A stretch of DNA of 64,000 nt from Eledone cirrhosa (lineage: Eukaryota): NCBI GenBank assembly GCA_964016885.1, contig OZ024741.1, forward strand, positions 318,370,001 through 318,434,000, written 5' to 3'. Made by a program: the position numbers and the translations under genes. This document shows positions 27,317 to 41,237 of this stretch, in pieces. The notes beneath the pieces were generated by a model that worked only from the letters and a program-made list of their open reading frames with translations, did not search any database and was not told the origin of the DNA. How positions within the stretch are numbered: the first letter of the stretch is position 1; every line of letters begins with the position of its first letter.

Positions 27317-28499
27317 ATATGAATAAAGTTAGTCCTTCATCAGTGATCTTCCAACCATCATTGGTATTTCATCGCTTTAAAGACCATATACCTCCGTTTG
27401 GTGCGAGCAACGGCTAAAAAAAGTCGTTGGGACACGTAATTAAAGGGGACACGAGTGTAAACAAACAAAATGGTGAAGCAACAGAAAGTGGGGAAGAAGG
27501 AGTCAAGTCCCAAATTTCTATGAATTTAAATTCGGTGAAATCGTGAACGAGAGAGAATAAAGACCATCAAACCTGGTTGGAATGTAAGCAAGGAAGGAAT
27601 TCTGTACAGGTCTAACGGGAGGAAGAAGGGATGTAGTCTGTGATTTCGGTGAACGTAAGTTCTGTGAAATCGTAGACGAGAGAGAGAAAAAAGCGACCTG
27701 CCAGACCAAGGGTGCGAAAGAAAAGAATTACGCACAGGTCAAACGGGAAGAAGGAGGAGGAGGAGGAGAGGTAGTAACAGAGAGTGAGTGAGTTAAGGGT
27801 GAGGAAGAGGCTAACAGAGAGAGTGACTGCTAGAGAGGGTAAAGATACAGAGAAAGAGGAAGCAGTAAGAACGAAATAGACGTGTAACAGCGGGGGAAAA
27901 AATATACGTCTATTTCGTTCTTACTGCTTCCTCTTTCTCTGTATCTTTACCCTCTCTAGCAGTCACTCTCTCTGTTAGCCTCTTCCTCACCCTTCACTCA
28001 CTCATTCCCTGTTACTACCTGTCCTCCTCCTCCTTCTTCCCGTTTGACCTGTGCGTAATTCTTTTCTTTCGCACCCTTGGTCTGGCAGGTCGCTTTTTTC
28101 TCTCTCTCGTCTACGATTTCACAGAACTTACGTTCACCGAAATCACAGACTAGATCCCTTCTTCCTCCCGTTAGACCTGTACGGAATTTCTTCCTTGCTT
28201 ACATTCCAACCAGGTTTGATGGTCTTCATTCTCTCTCGTTCACGATTTCACCGAATTTAAATTCATAGAAATTTGGGACTTGACTCCTTCTTCCTCACTT
28301 TCTGTTGCTTCACCATTTTGTTTGTTTACACTCGTGTCCCCTTTAATTACGTGTCCCAACGACTTTTTTTAGCCGTTGCTCACACCAACTGGAGGTATAT
28401 GGTCTTTAAAGCGATGAAATACCAATGATGGTTGGAAGATCACTGATGAAGGACTAACTTTATTCATATGTAACCCATTAGCAACCCGCAGCACGTTTT

Positions 28500-28504
<5 letters not shown>
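27317..28504. mobile_element. Large fold-back element: arms of about 570 bp, 16-bp spacer, one-sided tail; resembles a PLE 3' UTR
   Basis: 27317-27886 is inverted at 27903-28469 with few substitutions. Pyrimidine-rich strand; CTGATGA at 28443; (TA)n on both sides. Confidence 0.85.
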
Positions 28505-28590
<86 letters not shown>

Positions 28591-28689
28591 TATATATACA
28601 TGCCATAGACAGAAGTGTATTAACATACTAGTCTGCAGACGTATATATATATTGTAGCTGCCAACTCGTTTTCGAGTACGGCCACTACT

Positions 28690-29240
28690 TTATATCCATA
28701 TAGGAGAACGCCTACTGATGCGCTGAACGAGTGTGACTTTTTAGTCCAGCCAGTGACTTGAAAACTCTGGTACAAATACTACACTACTTGTGACAATTAT
28801 TGACACATAGTGCTGGGCCCATGGTACCATGTGACGACAAGTGCAGAGAGATCTCCAGATATAAAGCAATGCCTGTGCCGTGAAGCTTTTATAGTGAGCA
28901 AAGGCACTGCACAAAGCCAGTCCCACTCTCTTAACCAAGATGATATTTACCAAAAAGAAGAACAAGTCAACATCATTGGATACCATCAGAGTTGCAGGTG
29001 TTATATCAGAGTTTTCCTTCTCCTAGAATTCTGCCTTGACAAAGGCTAAAGGGTCATCTCTCCCGGTGATGTTGGATGGCCATTGACTCTTAAGAGCTCC
29101 TTTGCCCTTTGACAGGTTTTGTTTTTAGTCCTGCAGGATGTCCAAAGTCACCCTCCTCACTAAGAATCCTTGGTGGGTTTGCCAGTTCAGTCGCCAACAA
29201 CCCGACCATGAGACAGGTTGTACTGGGATACATGTTACCA
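28690..29240 (-). mobile_element. RTE-like LINE 5' UTR fragment
   Basis: TCTAGGAGAAGGAAAACTCTG motif, recalled from RTE 5' UTRs; HDV-like fold at its 5' boundary. Confidence 0.5.
29182..29239 (-). ncRNA. Minimal (P4-less) HDV-like ribozyme, decayed
   Basis: P1 GGTAACATG/CGGGTTGTT, P2 CCAGT/ACTGG, P3 ACC/GGT, then GG-CGA-CTGA. Confidence 0.5.
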
Positions 29241-29274
29241 GTAGCAACATATATATACACACAAATACTAGGGA

Positions 29275-29372
29275 AAAAATATAAAATAAAATAAAATAAA
29301 ATAAAATAAAATAAAATAAAATAAAATAAAATAAAATAAAATAAAAATAAAATAAAATAAAATAAAATAAAA
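29275..29372. repeat. (TAAAA)n pentanucleotide repeat
   Basis: Direct reading. Confidence 0.95.
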
Positions 29373-29611
29373 ATATAGATAAGAGGTCGGACGGAATGGT
29401 ACGAAGACGTCACACACATAATGATAGACTTATACATAAATACAATCACATACGCAAAACTACATATAGATACATATACACACACACACATACACATATA
29501 TATATAAAAAAATTATATATATACACACACAAATATACATATATATATACTTACATATATATATATACATATATATACATATATATATATATACATATAT
29601 ATAAGAATATA

Positions 29612-29787
29612 TGTGTTAGGTAATTCCGAACAGAGCTATAAAAAATATATTTATATATTTATATTTATATTTTTTTTATAGCTCTGTTCTATATTTTTAG
29701 ATGTGTTCACTTTCTAGTTAAATAGCTCTGTTCTATCCATAGGGCACTCTTTTTTCCTTTGCTTTTTCTTCGGAATTACCTAACACA
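29612..29787. repeat. Small nested inverted-repeat insert
   Basis: 19-bp terminal IR TGTGTTAGGTAATTCCGAA plus inner IR GAACAGAGCTATAAAAAA. Confidence 0.7.
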
Positions 29788-29816
29788 CACACATACACAC
29801 ACACTCACACACACAC

Positions 29817-29851
<35 letters not shown>

Positions 29852-29852
29852 T

Positions 29853-30310
29853 ATATTGTTATACTTTGGGAGGGTCATGTTGCCAATAAGAAACACACGC
29901 ACCAGTTGCTTTCACTTCAATTTATTATATATTTATAAATTTATAAATTTATAAATTTCTGGTTGGTTGGTTGGTTGGTTCCACAACGAGATAGTTGTTT
30001 ATATATAGTCATAGTTCTTTCGTCACACACTCTGTGACCTCTTCAGTGACTGGGGATTCCTTTCTTTGTTTCTGTGCCTCTCCTTTGTTCTGTCCTACGC
30101 CATTTTGTTTCTGTGTGTGTGTTGTGTGCTCAGTCTGCGCATGCGCCACATCCGGGTGTCTGTGTGTGTTTATGTTCATTTATTTATTTGTTTATTTACA
30201 TGTTACTGGTTGGTTGTTTGTTCTATGTATGTGACCCTCCCAAAGTATAACAATATCGGTTTCAACACACGATTTCAGATAAAGAATCTTGCTAAACAAA
30301 TTCAGAAACG

Positions 30311-30312
<2 letters not shown>
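29853..30312 (-). mobile_element. Hammerhead-bearing fold-back element (second copy 36078-36553)
   Basis: 25-bp IR at 29853-29877 / 30232-30256 plus tail 30257-30312; (TA)n flanks. Confidence 0.8.
30007..30051 (-). ncRNA. Minimal type I hammerhead with one extra nucleotide after A9
   Basis: AGTCA-CTGAAGA-G-GTCACA gagtg TGTGAC-GAAA-GAAC-TA-TGACT; stem I is perfect. Confidence 0.75.
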
Positions 30313-30388
<76 letters not shown>

Positions 30389-30393
<5 letters not shown>

Positions 30394-30987
30394 AGTATGT
30401 ATACGTACATACATATATGTATACAGACGTACAGTAGTATGTATATATATATACATACATGAACACATATATATATGTACGCATGGATTTACCGAACATT
30501 TATTATAATGCTCGGTGTGTTTGTAAACAAACATCCCGAATTAAGCCGTACAGTGTTTAGCAACCATCGTTGCTCTTTTGTTCAACACTGCGCCCGGCCG
30601 GTTAACTCACTCGATATGCAAATTAGGCTGCTCAGCCGTTAATATGCATAAGGAAAGTATATACTTCCAGACGTTCAACCATCTGGCAGGAAGGTATACG
30701 GTGCTGACGATAGCTAATAAGCTTGAAACTAGTACATCGTTCCTTTGTCAGTGTTGAACAAAAGAGCAACGATGGTTGCTAAACACTGTACGGCTTAATT
30801 CGGGATGTTTGTTTACAAACACACCGAGCATTATAATAAATGTTCGGTAAATCCATACGTACATATATATATGTGTTCATGTATGTATATATATATACAT
30901 ACTACTGTACGTCTGTATACATATATGTATGTACGTATACATACTTATATTTAAGTAACAGCCGAACTAAGAGTGAGAAATGAAACG

Positions 30988-30990
<3 letters not shown>
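30389..30990 (+). mobile_element. Hammerhead-bearing fold-back element (second copy 41350-41668)
   Basis: Arms 30389-30590 and 30749-30950; tail 30951-30990; (TA)n flanks. Confidence 0.85.
30698..30740 (+). ncRNA. Minimal type I hammerhead ribozyme, intact core
   Basis: ACGGTG-CTGACGA-tAGCT aata AGCTt-GAAA-CTAG-TA-CATCGT; 6-bp stem I and a palindromic loop III. Confidence 0.8.
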
Positions 30991-31084
<94 letters not shown>

Positions 31085-31085
31085 G

Positions 31086-31117
<32 letters not shown>

Positions 31118-31121
31118 ATAC

Positions 31122-31228
<107 letters not shown>

Positions 31229-31229
31229 C

Positions 31230-31735
<506 letters not shown>

Positions 31736-31900
31736 TCACTCTCTCTTTCCTCCTTATTCCCTCACTATATCTCTGACCCTCACTGGAAAAAGTCGGCTGT
31801 GTTCAGTCCTGGAGTGGGGATGGCCTCCGCCAAGTTTAAAGTGTCCTACATACGCTATGTGTTACAACGGTGTCCCTACGACTCCATCAGGAGTTATGGC

Positions 31901-31958
<58 letters not shown>

Positions 31959-32708
31959 AGTCCATCTGCGGCAATAATTGTAGGTAAAAGCCTAAGGTGT
32001 CATGCAGTTGGACGGAACGCAAAACTATGTGCCTGTAAAACGAATTCTTTAACCACACGGCCATGCCTGAGCCTATAGACATGTTTCTGACCCTTAAACC
32101 TCATCAACATTCTATAGACTACTTACTCAATTATGCCTGATAAGTTGATTTAGATTTTTATTTTTACATATAGAAAAAGAGTTACGAATAATCTTCGGTG
32201 GAAATAATTTACTTAGAAAATATAAAACGAGCTATGGGGAAATAACTCAAGGAGATCAATGGCATGAATTTGGATATTTTTATTAAGTTGTGATATATAT
32301 ATGTCGTATGCAAAATCCTCTATCATAGAAAATATGATACTATACATTTTTTTATGGCAAATATTTCACCTTATTCAGGTTATTAGTACTCTTAAGAAAA
32401 AACGTAAACCTTTTCACACCAAACTGCCCTTCTCTGATGCAAAACTGTTTAATTTTATTTCATAACATTTGTTAAGTTATATTCCAAACTCCAGCTTAAT
32501 ACCGTGAAAGGTAATGATATTAAATAATCCCAAATGTTTTATTATTTTCGAAGTTATTTAAAAATCGTAGACAGAATATTTCGCTCGAAATATGGTAAAG
32601 AAATGTCTAAGCTATTTATTTTTATCGAAAAACCTTCCGTAATAATTTTATGTAAAAACATTTTAGAAGTTATTCTAACAAAGTTATTTATATTATTGAA
32701 GCAAGATA

Positions 32709-33240
32709 GGGCGGTGGATTAGCAGTATCGGTAGAGCGTCGGACATCCTGCTTCGCAGTATACAGTTACGGCCCTTTAATTTCTGATTTCAAATCCCGCC
32801 AAGGTTAGCTTTCCTTTTCATCCATACCGGGTCGATAAAATAAAGTACCAGTCATGCACTGGGGTCGATTAAATCGACTTTCCCTTTAACTTCAAATTGC
32901 TGACCTTGTGCCTAAAATCAGAAACCATTATTATATTATTAACTTTGCCTTTCATCCTTACGGGGTCGATAAAATAAAGTACCAGTAATACACTGAGATA
33001 GTTGCTGGCCTTGTGCCAAAAGTAGAAACAATTATTATATTATTAAAACGGTGGATTGGCAGTATCGGTAGAGATTCGGACACCATGCTTTGACGCATTG
33101 AGTTAAGGCCCTTGCCATTCTGAGTTCTAATCCCGCCGAGGTTAACTTTGCCTTTCATCCTTACGGGGTCCATAAAATAAAGTACCAGTAATGTACTGGG
33201 TAATTGCTTTCTTGTGCCAAATGTAGAAACAATTATTATA
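32709..33240 (+). mobile_element. Head-to-tail trimer of SINE family A
   Basis: Copies at about 32709-32930, 32941-33040 and 33048-33240. Confidence 0.85.
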
Positions 33241-33350
33241 TTATTAAAACCTTCCAAATTCTTTATTTTATTTTTTTTTTAAATTAAATTCATAGACAAA
33301 GTATTCCATTGTAACGAAAGGGTTAAACAACATTGTCCTCAATTTTCCAG

Positions 33351-33519
33351 AGCCTATATTTATCTATCTCTATCCTCCAATCTTTGACACACCAAGAAGG
33401 CAATGTGATACTATTTCCATACATCTGGAACATTCAAAACAGCTGATATCACGAGGAAGAAAATCAGGCCATGCCCAGATATACAGAAATGAATATATTT
33501 TATTTTAGCTGACAGAAAG
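33351..33519 (+). other. Candidate (probably non-coding) exon
   Basis: TTTTCCAG acceptor at 33350 and AAG|GTAAGT donor at 33520, in unique sequence. Confidence 0.3.
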
Positions 33520-34468
33520 GTAAGTATATTCCAGATTTACATACATCGCAATATTAAGGATTATTATAATAAAAATATATATTATTATGCATATAAATAA
33601 ATAGCAATTTTGAATTTCAACTAAACATTTATTGTTGTTTTATGATAAATTTGCTTTTCCCTTTTGCTTTCCGATAATTTAATGCATTATATTTTATATT
33701 TTATGTTATTTGGTGATGTTCGATATAGTGTTTTTATATCGTTAGTATATTTATGACAATACGGATTAGTATACAAAGGAATAATCTTCCAAGCATAAAT
33801 TTTAAGAAATTCCATCATGCGCGTCAAATCTAATTTATACAGATTCACTAGTTTCCGTGGAACCTGCCACACTATAGGATAAGAAAACAGAAAAAAAAAT
33901 CATGTCAACAGAAAGTATATCGACATATTTATAGTTATGGTGGTTGTTGTAAAATAGGCCTCTCATTATTTTAGTGAATTTGGATGAGAGAATCGATATT
34001 GGCAGGACTAGAATAAGGAAAAACAAAGCAGGCGACAGAATAGTATTATATTTGATGACAGTGAAGGAAGATTGGAAGAAAATGAATGTAGAAAGGAGAA
34101 GATATATTCAATCACATATGATAACATTGCCAAAAATATCTTAACAACCTCTACGTCAATTTGATTATAGCTAACGGAAGGGCATAGAGCTACAAAGATT
34201 TTGTAAGAGAAGCGCCTTCCAGACGTGGCCAAACGTTGGTTGGGATGACAAAAATAAAAAAAATATAGAGGAAAACAAAGCAGTTTAAACTTTAATTAGA
34301 GAGCTAGAGGTTCAGTGGATGGAACAAATAAAGAGATATCGCCGAAAGGAAGGAGCAGTCATTGTAAATACGAGATCGTACACCAAATACTTGTTGATAT
34401 TACCGTGTTTAGGTTCTTAATGGTTTCAAGAAGCATAGTACCTGCCACGTAGATCAATAACCGAAGAT

Positions 34469-34610
34469 TAACTAGGGACAACATCACTACCACAGTAGAG
34501 TGACTGTAACTAGGGACAACATCACTACCACAATAGAGTGACTGTAACTAGGAACAACATCACTACCACAGTAGGGTGACAATAACTAGGGACAACATCA
34601 CTACCACAGT
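34469..34610. repeat. 38-bp minisatellite, about 3.7 copies
   Basis: Unit TAACTAGGGACAACATCACTACCACAGTAGAGTGACTG. Confidence 0.9.
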
Positions 34611-35881
34611 TCCCTGACTTACTTGCCTTGATAACTCTACCTCTAGTCTTCTTTTCCTTTTTAGAATCTTTGCTTTGTGTGAATCTTTTAGTTTCGGCGA
34701 AGGATTTCCATAACTTCTAATCAATATAAATCTCATTTTTAACGCTTTCTCTTCCACACTACATAAGAGTAACTGATACGTCGATTATAATTTACTTATT
34801 TAGTATATCTGTACTATATTGGAAGGCCTGTGGCTTAGTGAGTTGGATTCATAATCATTATGTTGTGCGTTCGATTCCTGGACCGTGTGATGAGTTGTGT
34901 CTTTGAACATGACACATTATTTCACGTTCCTATGATTTACTAAGCTATAGAAAGTTGCGATGCCACTGGTGCCAAACTGTATCGGCCTTTGCCTTTCCTT
35001 TGGATAACATCGGTAGTATTAGTCGTAACAGGTCTAGCAAGCCGGTGGTGGAAAATAAACCTACATACACAAAACAACACTGGGTCTCATTCTGAAGGAA
35101 TTTCTGGACAGAGGGGTCATAGATATATCTGATTTTGGATGAAAACGAGGATTACTATATTCAGAAGGATTCATACATTTAAATATTAAAATTAAGTCTA
35201 TAAACTAAGAAATAGACTCTAATTTTTTAAAATACTTAACTAGTATCATACCGTCCCAAAAAGAAGCGTATTTCTGTTCTTGCAGCTTAATCTAACAGTA
35301 GCTAAATAGAAGCATATGACATTCGACTTCTTTCAAAGACTTATATGAAATAACTTTGATCATAATTGTTTTTCTCCACCACTTTATGTGACATATTTAT
35401 ATACTATAAACATATACAATTATATACACATATATTTAAATACACATATATTTATAAACACATATATATGTTTGAAGGAATGAGACAAACAATTGTTTTT
35501 CAAGGAGACTGTACATATCATAAGTGGGGTAATGCTACTTAAACGTTAGTATATTTTACTATTCTTTTTTATGTCTGCATTTAAATAAATACTATTATTA
35601 CAACGATTTCTTTTATTTATATAAAACATTTTTTCTTCCTGCAAAATATACATTCGTAATTATAAAAATATAGTCGTTTGATCCTTCGGTTGTTTCTAAA
35701 CGAGAGTATGGCTATGTGGTTAAGGAGCTCACTTTACAGCAAGGAGCTTCTGAGTACAATGCTGTTGCATGGCGCCTGTGAGGGGTACTTGATTGACTAA
35801 AACTGCAGAAACCTGTCGTATAATACAAACACACGCACAGACACACACACACGCACGCACACACGCACGCACACACACACA

Positions 35882-35924
<43 letters not shown>

Positions 35925-35927
35925 GCG

Positions 35928-35965
<38 letters not shown>

Positions 35966-36014
35966 GACACGCGCGGCCGGATCTTTACATCTCTGTCTAT
36001 ACATACATACATAC

Positions 36015-36050
<36 letters not shown>

Positions 36051-36077
36051 AACTCCTAGTTACACCCCCTGGATATA

Positions 36078-36550
36078 TATACTTTGGGAGGGTCATGTTG
36101 CCAATAAGAAACACACGCACCAAATGCTTTCACTCCAATTTATTATAAATTAAATTATAAATTTTTAAATTTATAAATTTCCGGTTGGTTGGTTGATTCC
36201 ACAATCGGACGGTTGTTCATATATTGTCAAAGTTCTTTCGTCACACATTCTGTGACCTCTTCAGTAACTGGGATTCTTTTCTTTGTTTTGTGCCTCTCTT
36301 TGTTCTGTCCTACGCCATCTTGTTTTTGTGTGTGTTGTCACACACAACACACACAACACACGGTTGTGGAACGAACCAACCAACCGGAAATTTATAAATT
36401 TTTTAATTTATAATTTAATTTATAATAAATTGGAGTGAAAGCAACTGGTGCGTGTGTTTCTTATTGGCAACATGACCCTCCCAAAGTATAACAATATCGG
36501 TTTCAACACACGTTTTCAGATAAAGAATCTTGCTAAACAAATTCAGAAAC

Positions 36551-36553
<3 letters not shown>
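36078..36553 (-). mobile_element. Hammerhead-bearing fold-back element, same family as 29853
   Basis: Arms about 36078-36205 and 36361-36490, same tail; hammerhead on the minus strand at 36225-36269. Confidence 0.8.
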
Positions 36554-36597
<44 letters not shown>

Positions 36598-37603
36598 TAC
36601 CTTTCATCCTTACGGAGTCGATAAAATAAAGTACCAGTAATACACTGGTTCGATTTAATCGACTCACCCCCATAATTACTGGCCTTGTCCCTATAAAAGA
36701 AATCATATATATATATATATACACATATATATATATACACAGACACACATATATATATGTATGTGTATGTGTGTGTGTGTGTGTATAAATATATATATAT
36801 ATCTTCTAATATAATAGTCTTGTGTATTTGTCTGTCACACACTAGAGATGACTGAGGAAGGAAGAGATGTCTAATACACACACATCATGTGATGACTGAC
36901 GAAGTGGGGGTGAGAGACTATAGAAGACCAACGTTCTAAAATTCGTCACAACTGTATGTTTGTTTGTTTGTGTTACTTGTGTGAGTGAGCGTCAAGGAAC
37001 CAACCAACCAACTAACAAAACAAACATCTCTTTTTTATATTATGTGTAAATATTACAATTAGCCGTATTTTTAACGGCACGGGGCCAAGTAGAACATACA
37101 TATTTATATATACAAACATGTGCGTGTGTGTGTGTGCATATATATGTTTACTGTTTCGTTTTGTTCCGTAACATAACAGTTCAAATATTAGAGATTGATA
37201 AAATAAATACTAGACTTTAAAAATGTTACGTACTGGGGACAACATGATCGATTAAAATCGTATTATGGCTATGCCCCAGCATGGCCATTGTCTAATGACT
37301 GAAACCTCGAAAGAATAACATTGGAGTGTCACAAAAATGAAATATTTACTCGTATTAATTCCAGGGTAAACAATCGTATTTGCCTGTTTAAGAGTTGCTT
37401 CCCTTGCATTAGTCGTTGAGATCAGTTGAAATGCGTGTGTGTATGTGTGCATTTGTGTGTATGTGTGTGTGTGTGTACGCGCGTCTGTGTATTTTTGAGC
37501 ACGTATATTTATGCATGAGAAAGAGAGAGATAGAGAGAGAGAGAAAGGAAGAGAAGGAGAAAGAGAGACATAGACAAAGAGAGAGAAAATGAAACTGATA
37601 TAC

Positions 37604-37643
<40 letters not shown>

Positions 37644-38431
37644 AGGTACACATACACACCCGCACACACAAACATACACATACAAACATACACACACATA
37701 CACATACAAACATACACACACACATACACATACAAACATACACATACACAATTTAAAAAAGAGAAAGACAACTCGAGGAAAAGAAAGAAAGAAAGAATGA
37801 ATGAAATAGAATGAAAAAAAAAGAAAGAAAAGAAGTGACAAAGAGAGTAAAACAAAATAGCAAAGAAGAAATAGACAGACAGACAGACAAGCAAAGAGAA
37901 AGAAAGAGAATGAGAGAGAAATAGATACAAAAACAGACATACGGGGGGAGGGAGAAAGAGAGGGGGGGGGGGTATTGAAATGGTTCGATGGCAGTGGAAT
38001 ATTTTAACGAATCAATAAAATAGGTCAGCAATACTATTTTTAACATTGGTGCAACGCCACAAATTTGTGATGGTGGGGTGGGGATAGAGGGGTCAATCGA
38101 TTCTAATACTTCACTGGTTCAAAACCGATTCTTCCAGCAACTGATGATCCGGCAACGCTTTTAATCCGGGCTTAATTACGAATGGTAAGTTTCTCGCGAC
38201 CGCACCGGAGTAGTTTACCCGGTGGCGTAGAGTCTGCACCGTCTATCATTTTCAATCATCTAAAAACCTAAATAAGACGGCAAGTTGTAAAATATACTGA
38301 AAGTGGCTGAATATTCCACACAGGCACGTGTACACCTTTAATGTAATTTTTAAGGCCAATATCGGCGTGACTCAGTATGTATCAAGGGTAGACCTTTGAA
38401 TTGCAGGTATAATCCATCTTGTATTATAGTA

Positions 38432-38617
38432 TGGATTGGCAGTATTGGTAGAAGGTCGGTCGCCATGCTTTGCAGCATAGAGTTACGGCCCTTTACGATC
38501 TGAGTTCAAATCCCGCCGAGGTTAACTTTGCCTTTCATCCTTACGGGGTCGATAAAATGAAACACCAGTAATGCACTGGGGTAATTGCTGGCCTTGTGCC
38601 AAAAGTAGAAGCAATTA
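38432..38617 (+). mobile_element. SINE family A, near-consensus copy
   Basis: TGGCAGTATTGG, GAGTTCAAATCCC, family core and 3' end. Confidence 0.85.
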
Positions 38618-39415
38618 TAGTATAAGTGGTTGAGTATTACGCAGACACGAGTGTACCCGTAACGTGATTCTCAAGCTGAATCACCATGACACAAACTCGA
38701 AACCTGGCTCAAATACTTGCAACAGCGTGAACTCTACTAAAGCCACACAACAGCTAGGTTGGGGTGTTAAACTGGGCGGTGGATTAAGTCTAAAAAAACA
38801 ACAACAGCTAAGGTTACAGCGTCGTTTGAACTCAGTACACAAAGAGCTACAATAAATACCTCAAGCCATCTCGCCTAGTTCTCTAACAATTCTGATAATC
38901 CATCGATCTAGATTGGTATCGTATTTCATCGAACCTGAAAGGATGAAAAGCAAGGTTGACCTGAGAAAGATTTAAACGTGTTTAGCTAGGAAAAAAGCAC
39001 CATAAGTCATTTTGTCCAACGCTTAAACCACTCTGCCATTAGTTACATATCTCTGTAATTTAAAACTTAGTAGAAACTGAGCTGTTCAAAATATAGGTTT
39101 GGAGGGAATCAAAGAACTTAAGCACATAACCAGGAATTATGTCCAAGAGGTTAAGCAGAAAGCTAAGCATCTGGTTAACTTAGCTAGTTCCCATTGTCAC
39201 TGCCTCCATCTCTCTTGCTCTCCCCATCGCTCATCGAACAGATATAAGTTAATAAAACTAATTTATAGCACCACCTTCACCCCACCATCCTCGACGTGGA
39301 AATAGGGATCAGAAGAAGAAGCCCACTTATCAATACAGTAAGAAAATGCTGGCAATATTCACAGAAATATCGGAAATTTAGTTTTATTCTTTCAATCACT
39401 AAATATACATTACCA

Positions 39416-39620
39416 GGGCGGTGGATTGGCAGAATCGGTCGAACGTCGGGCAACATGCTTAGCGGCATAGAGTTGCGGCCCTTTACGTTCTGAGTTCAAA
39501 TCCCGCCAAGGTTAGCTTTGCCGTTCATCCTTACGGGGTCGATAAAATAAAGTACCAGTAACGCACTGGGGTCGATTTGATCAACTTTCCCCCTCTCCCC
39601 AAATTGCTAGCCTTGTAGAA
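39416..39620 (+). mobile_element. SINE family A copy
   Basis: GGGCGGTGGATTGGCAGAATCGG...GAGTTCAAATCCC. Confidence 0.85.
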
Positions 39621-39636
39621 ATACTTATATGTTAGT

Positions 39637-39708
<72 letters not shown>

Positions 39709-39779
39709 GTTCTCCCTTTTTATGTAAGTAATCGGTTGTGTTTAGATCTAGAGAGGGGTAGGCTCCCAGGTTTAAAAAC

Positions 39780-40105
39780 ATCCATGACAAGCAGTATGTC
39801 ACGATGAAACACCTTCGGCTCCATAAAAAATTGCAGGTACATACAGACATATGTGTTAGTTATGTGAGTCTACAATTAAACAGGGTAAGATGCGTAGCTC
39901 GGAGTTCAGAGAGTCGCTCAAGGTAGAGCCACTACTTCACCAAATCGAGAGATCACAGCTCTAATACTACGGACATATGGTTGGACTGTTTAAGTAATGA
40001 ATCGCAAGACTCACAGGTAGAAGAAGAAGAAGAAGAAGAAGAAGAAGAAGAAGAAGAAGAAGAAGAAGAAGAAGAAGAAGAAGAAGAAGAAGAAGAAGAA
40101 GAAGA
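39780..40105 (+). mobile_element. RTE (Rex3/Expander-like) 3' remnant followed by (GAA)n
   Basis: MRSSEFRESLKVEPLLHQIERSQL*YYGHM peptide at about 39891-39980. Confidence 0.6.
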
Positions 40106-40569
40106 ACCTTGAAATGATATATTCAGATAAGGAAAGTAAATATCAAGTCACCATCTTATATTTAATGACAGAATGATGTTATTACATAATAGAAGGGCGA
40201 TGGATTGGCAGTAACGGTTGAGCGTTGGACGTTCTGAGTTCAAAAACAGACAGAGGTTAGTTTTACGTTTCATCCTTACAGGGTCGATAAAATAAAGTAT
40301 TAGTAACGCACTGGGGTCGATTGTTGGCCTTGTGCCTACATCAGAAATCATTATTACACAATACAGCATAACAGAACAATAACCACAACATAACAGAATA
40401 GCACTTACATTTGAAGAGGATATTTCTGTACCAGCTGTAGATGAAGTCATATTGACTGTTATGAAGATGGACGTTCCTCTAAAGGTTATTACACAAACAT
40501 TTCTTTTATAATTCACTTGATCTATATTTTCACTATATAAGTCAAATATACACACACAAGGCGCACGGA

Positions 40570-40671
<102 letters not shown>

Positions 40672-40843
40672 ATATATCATGTGTAATATAGAAATAGCTT
40701 CTACAGGACTAGAACTGTTTCATTCAAAAGAAATCATCAGGAAAGCGTATTGAGTACCTTAAATACTGTGGTTACTTCCGATTGAACTCGGGACTCACAC
40801 ACGCACACAAACACACACATACCCACACACATATATATATATA

Positions 40844-41237
40844 TACGAGGGTAATCCCAAAATAAGGTCTCCAAAGCGATGGGGACGCAGAGAAACTGTT
40901 CGTACGACTGTTGCCAACACTGTTGTGATTGGTGCTTCCTTCACTCCCAAACAAGCATGCGGGCGCTTCGCTGGGATGCTCAATCTTGGCTTGGCAGCCG
41001 TTGAGAATGGAGCTCCCGCTGAACGCTACCCCCAAGTGCGAATTTCGTGCAGTTATTATATAGAGAGCAATCCCAAAAGTAAGGTCTCCTTCCGAGGAAA
41101 ACATGTGTAAAGATAGGCGGATCACTCTGGATGTTCTCTGCATTTTGGTTCCTGAGGTTTCCCAAAGCACCATCCACAGGATTTTAACGGAAAAGTTGCA
41201 ATATCGGAAGGAGACCTTACTTTTTGGATTGCCCTCG

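Noticed and set aside
28443-28504. Hammerhead after CTGATGA in the large fold-back
   Set aside because: No GAAA or cleavage triplet downstream; at best a remnant.
29853-30312. Interpretation as a MITE with TIRs
   Set aside because: IR length differs between copies (25 versus about 130 bp) and conserved sequence extends beyond the IR on one side only.
34469-34610. CRISPR-like 38-bp repeats
   Set aside because: Contiguous tandem units with no spacers.
38432-38520. tRNA genes
   Set aside because: The A and B boxes belong to SINE heads; no complete cloverleaf was seen.
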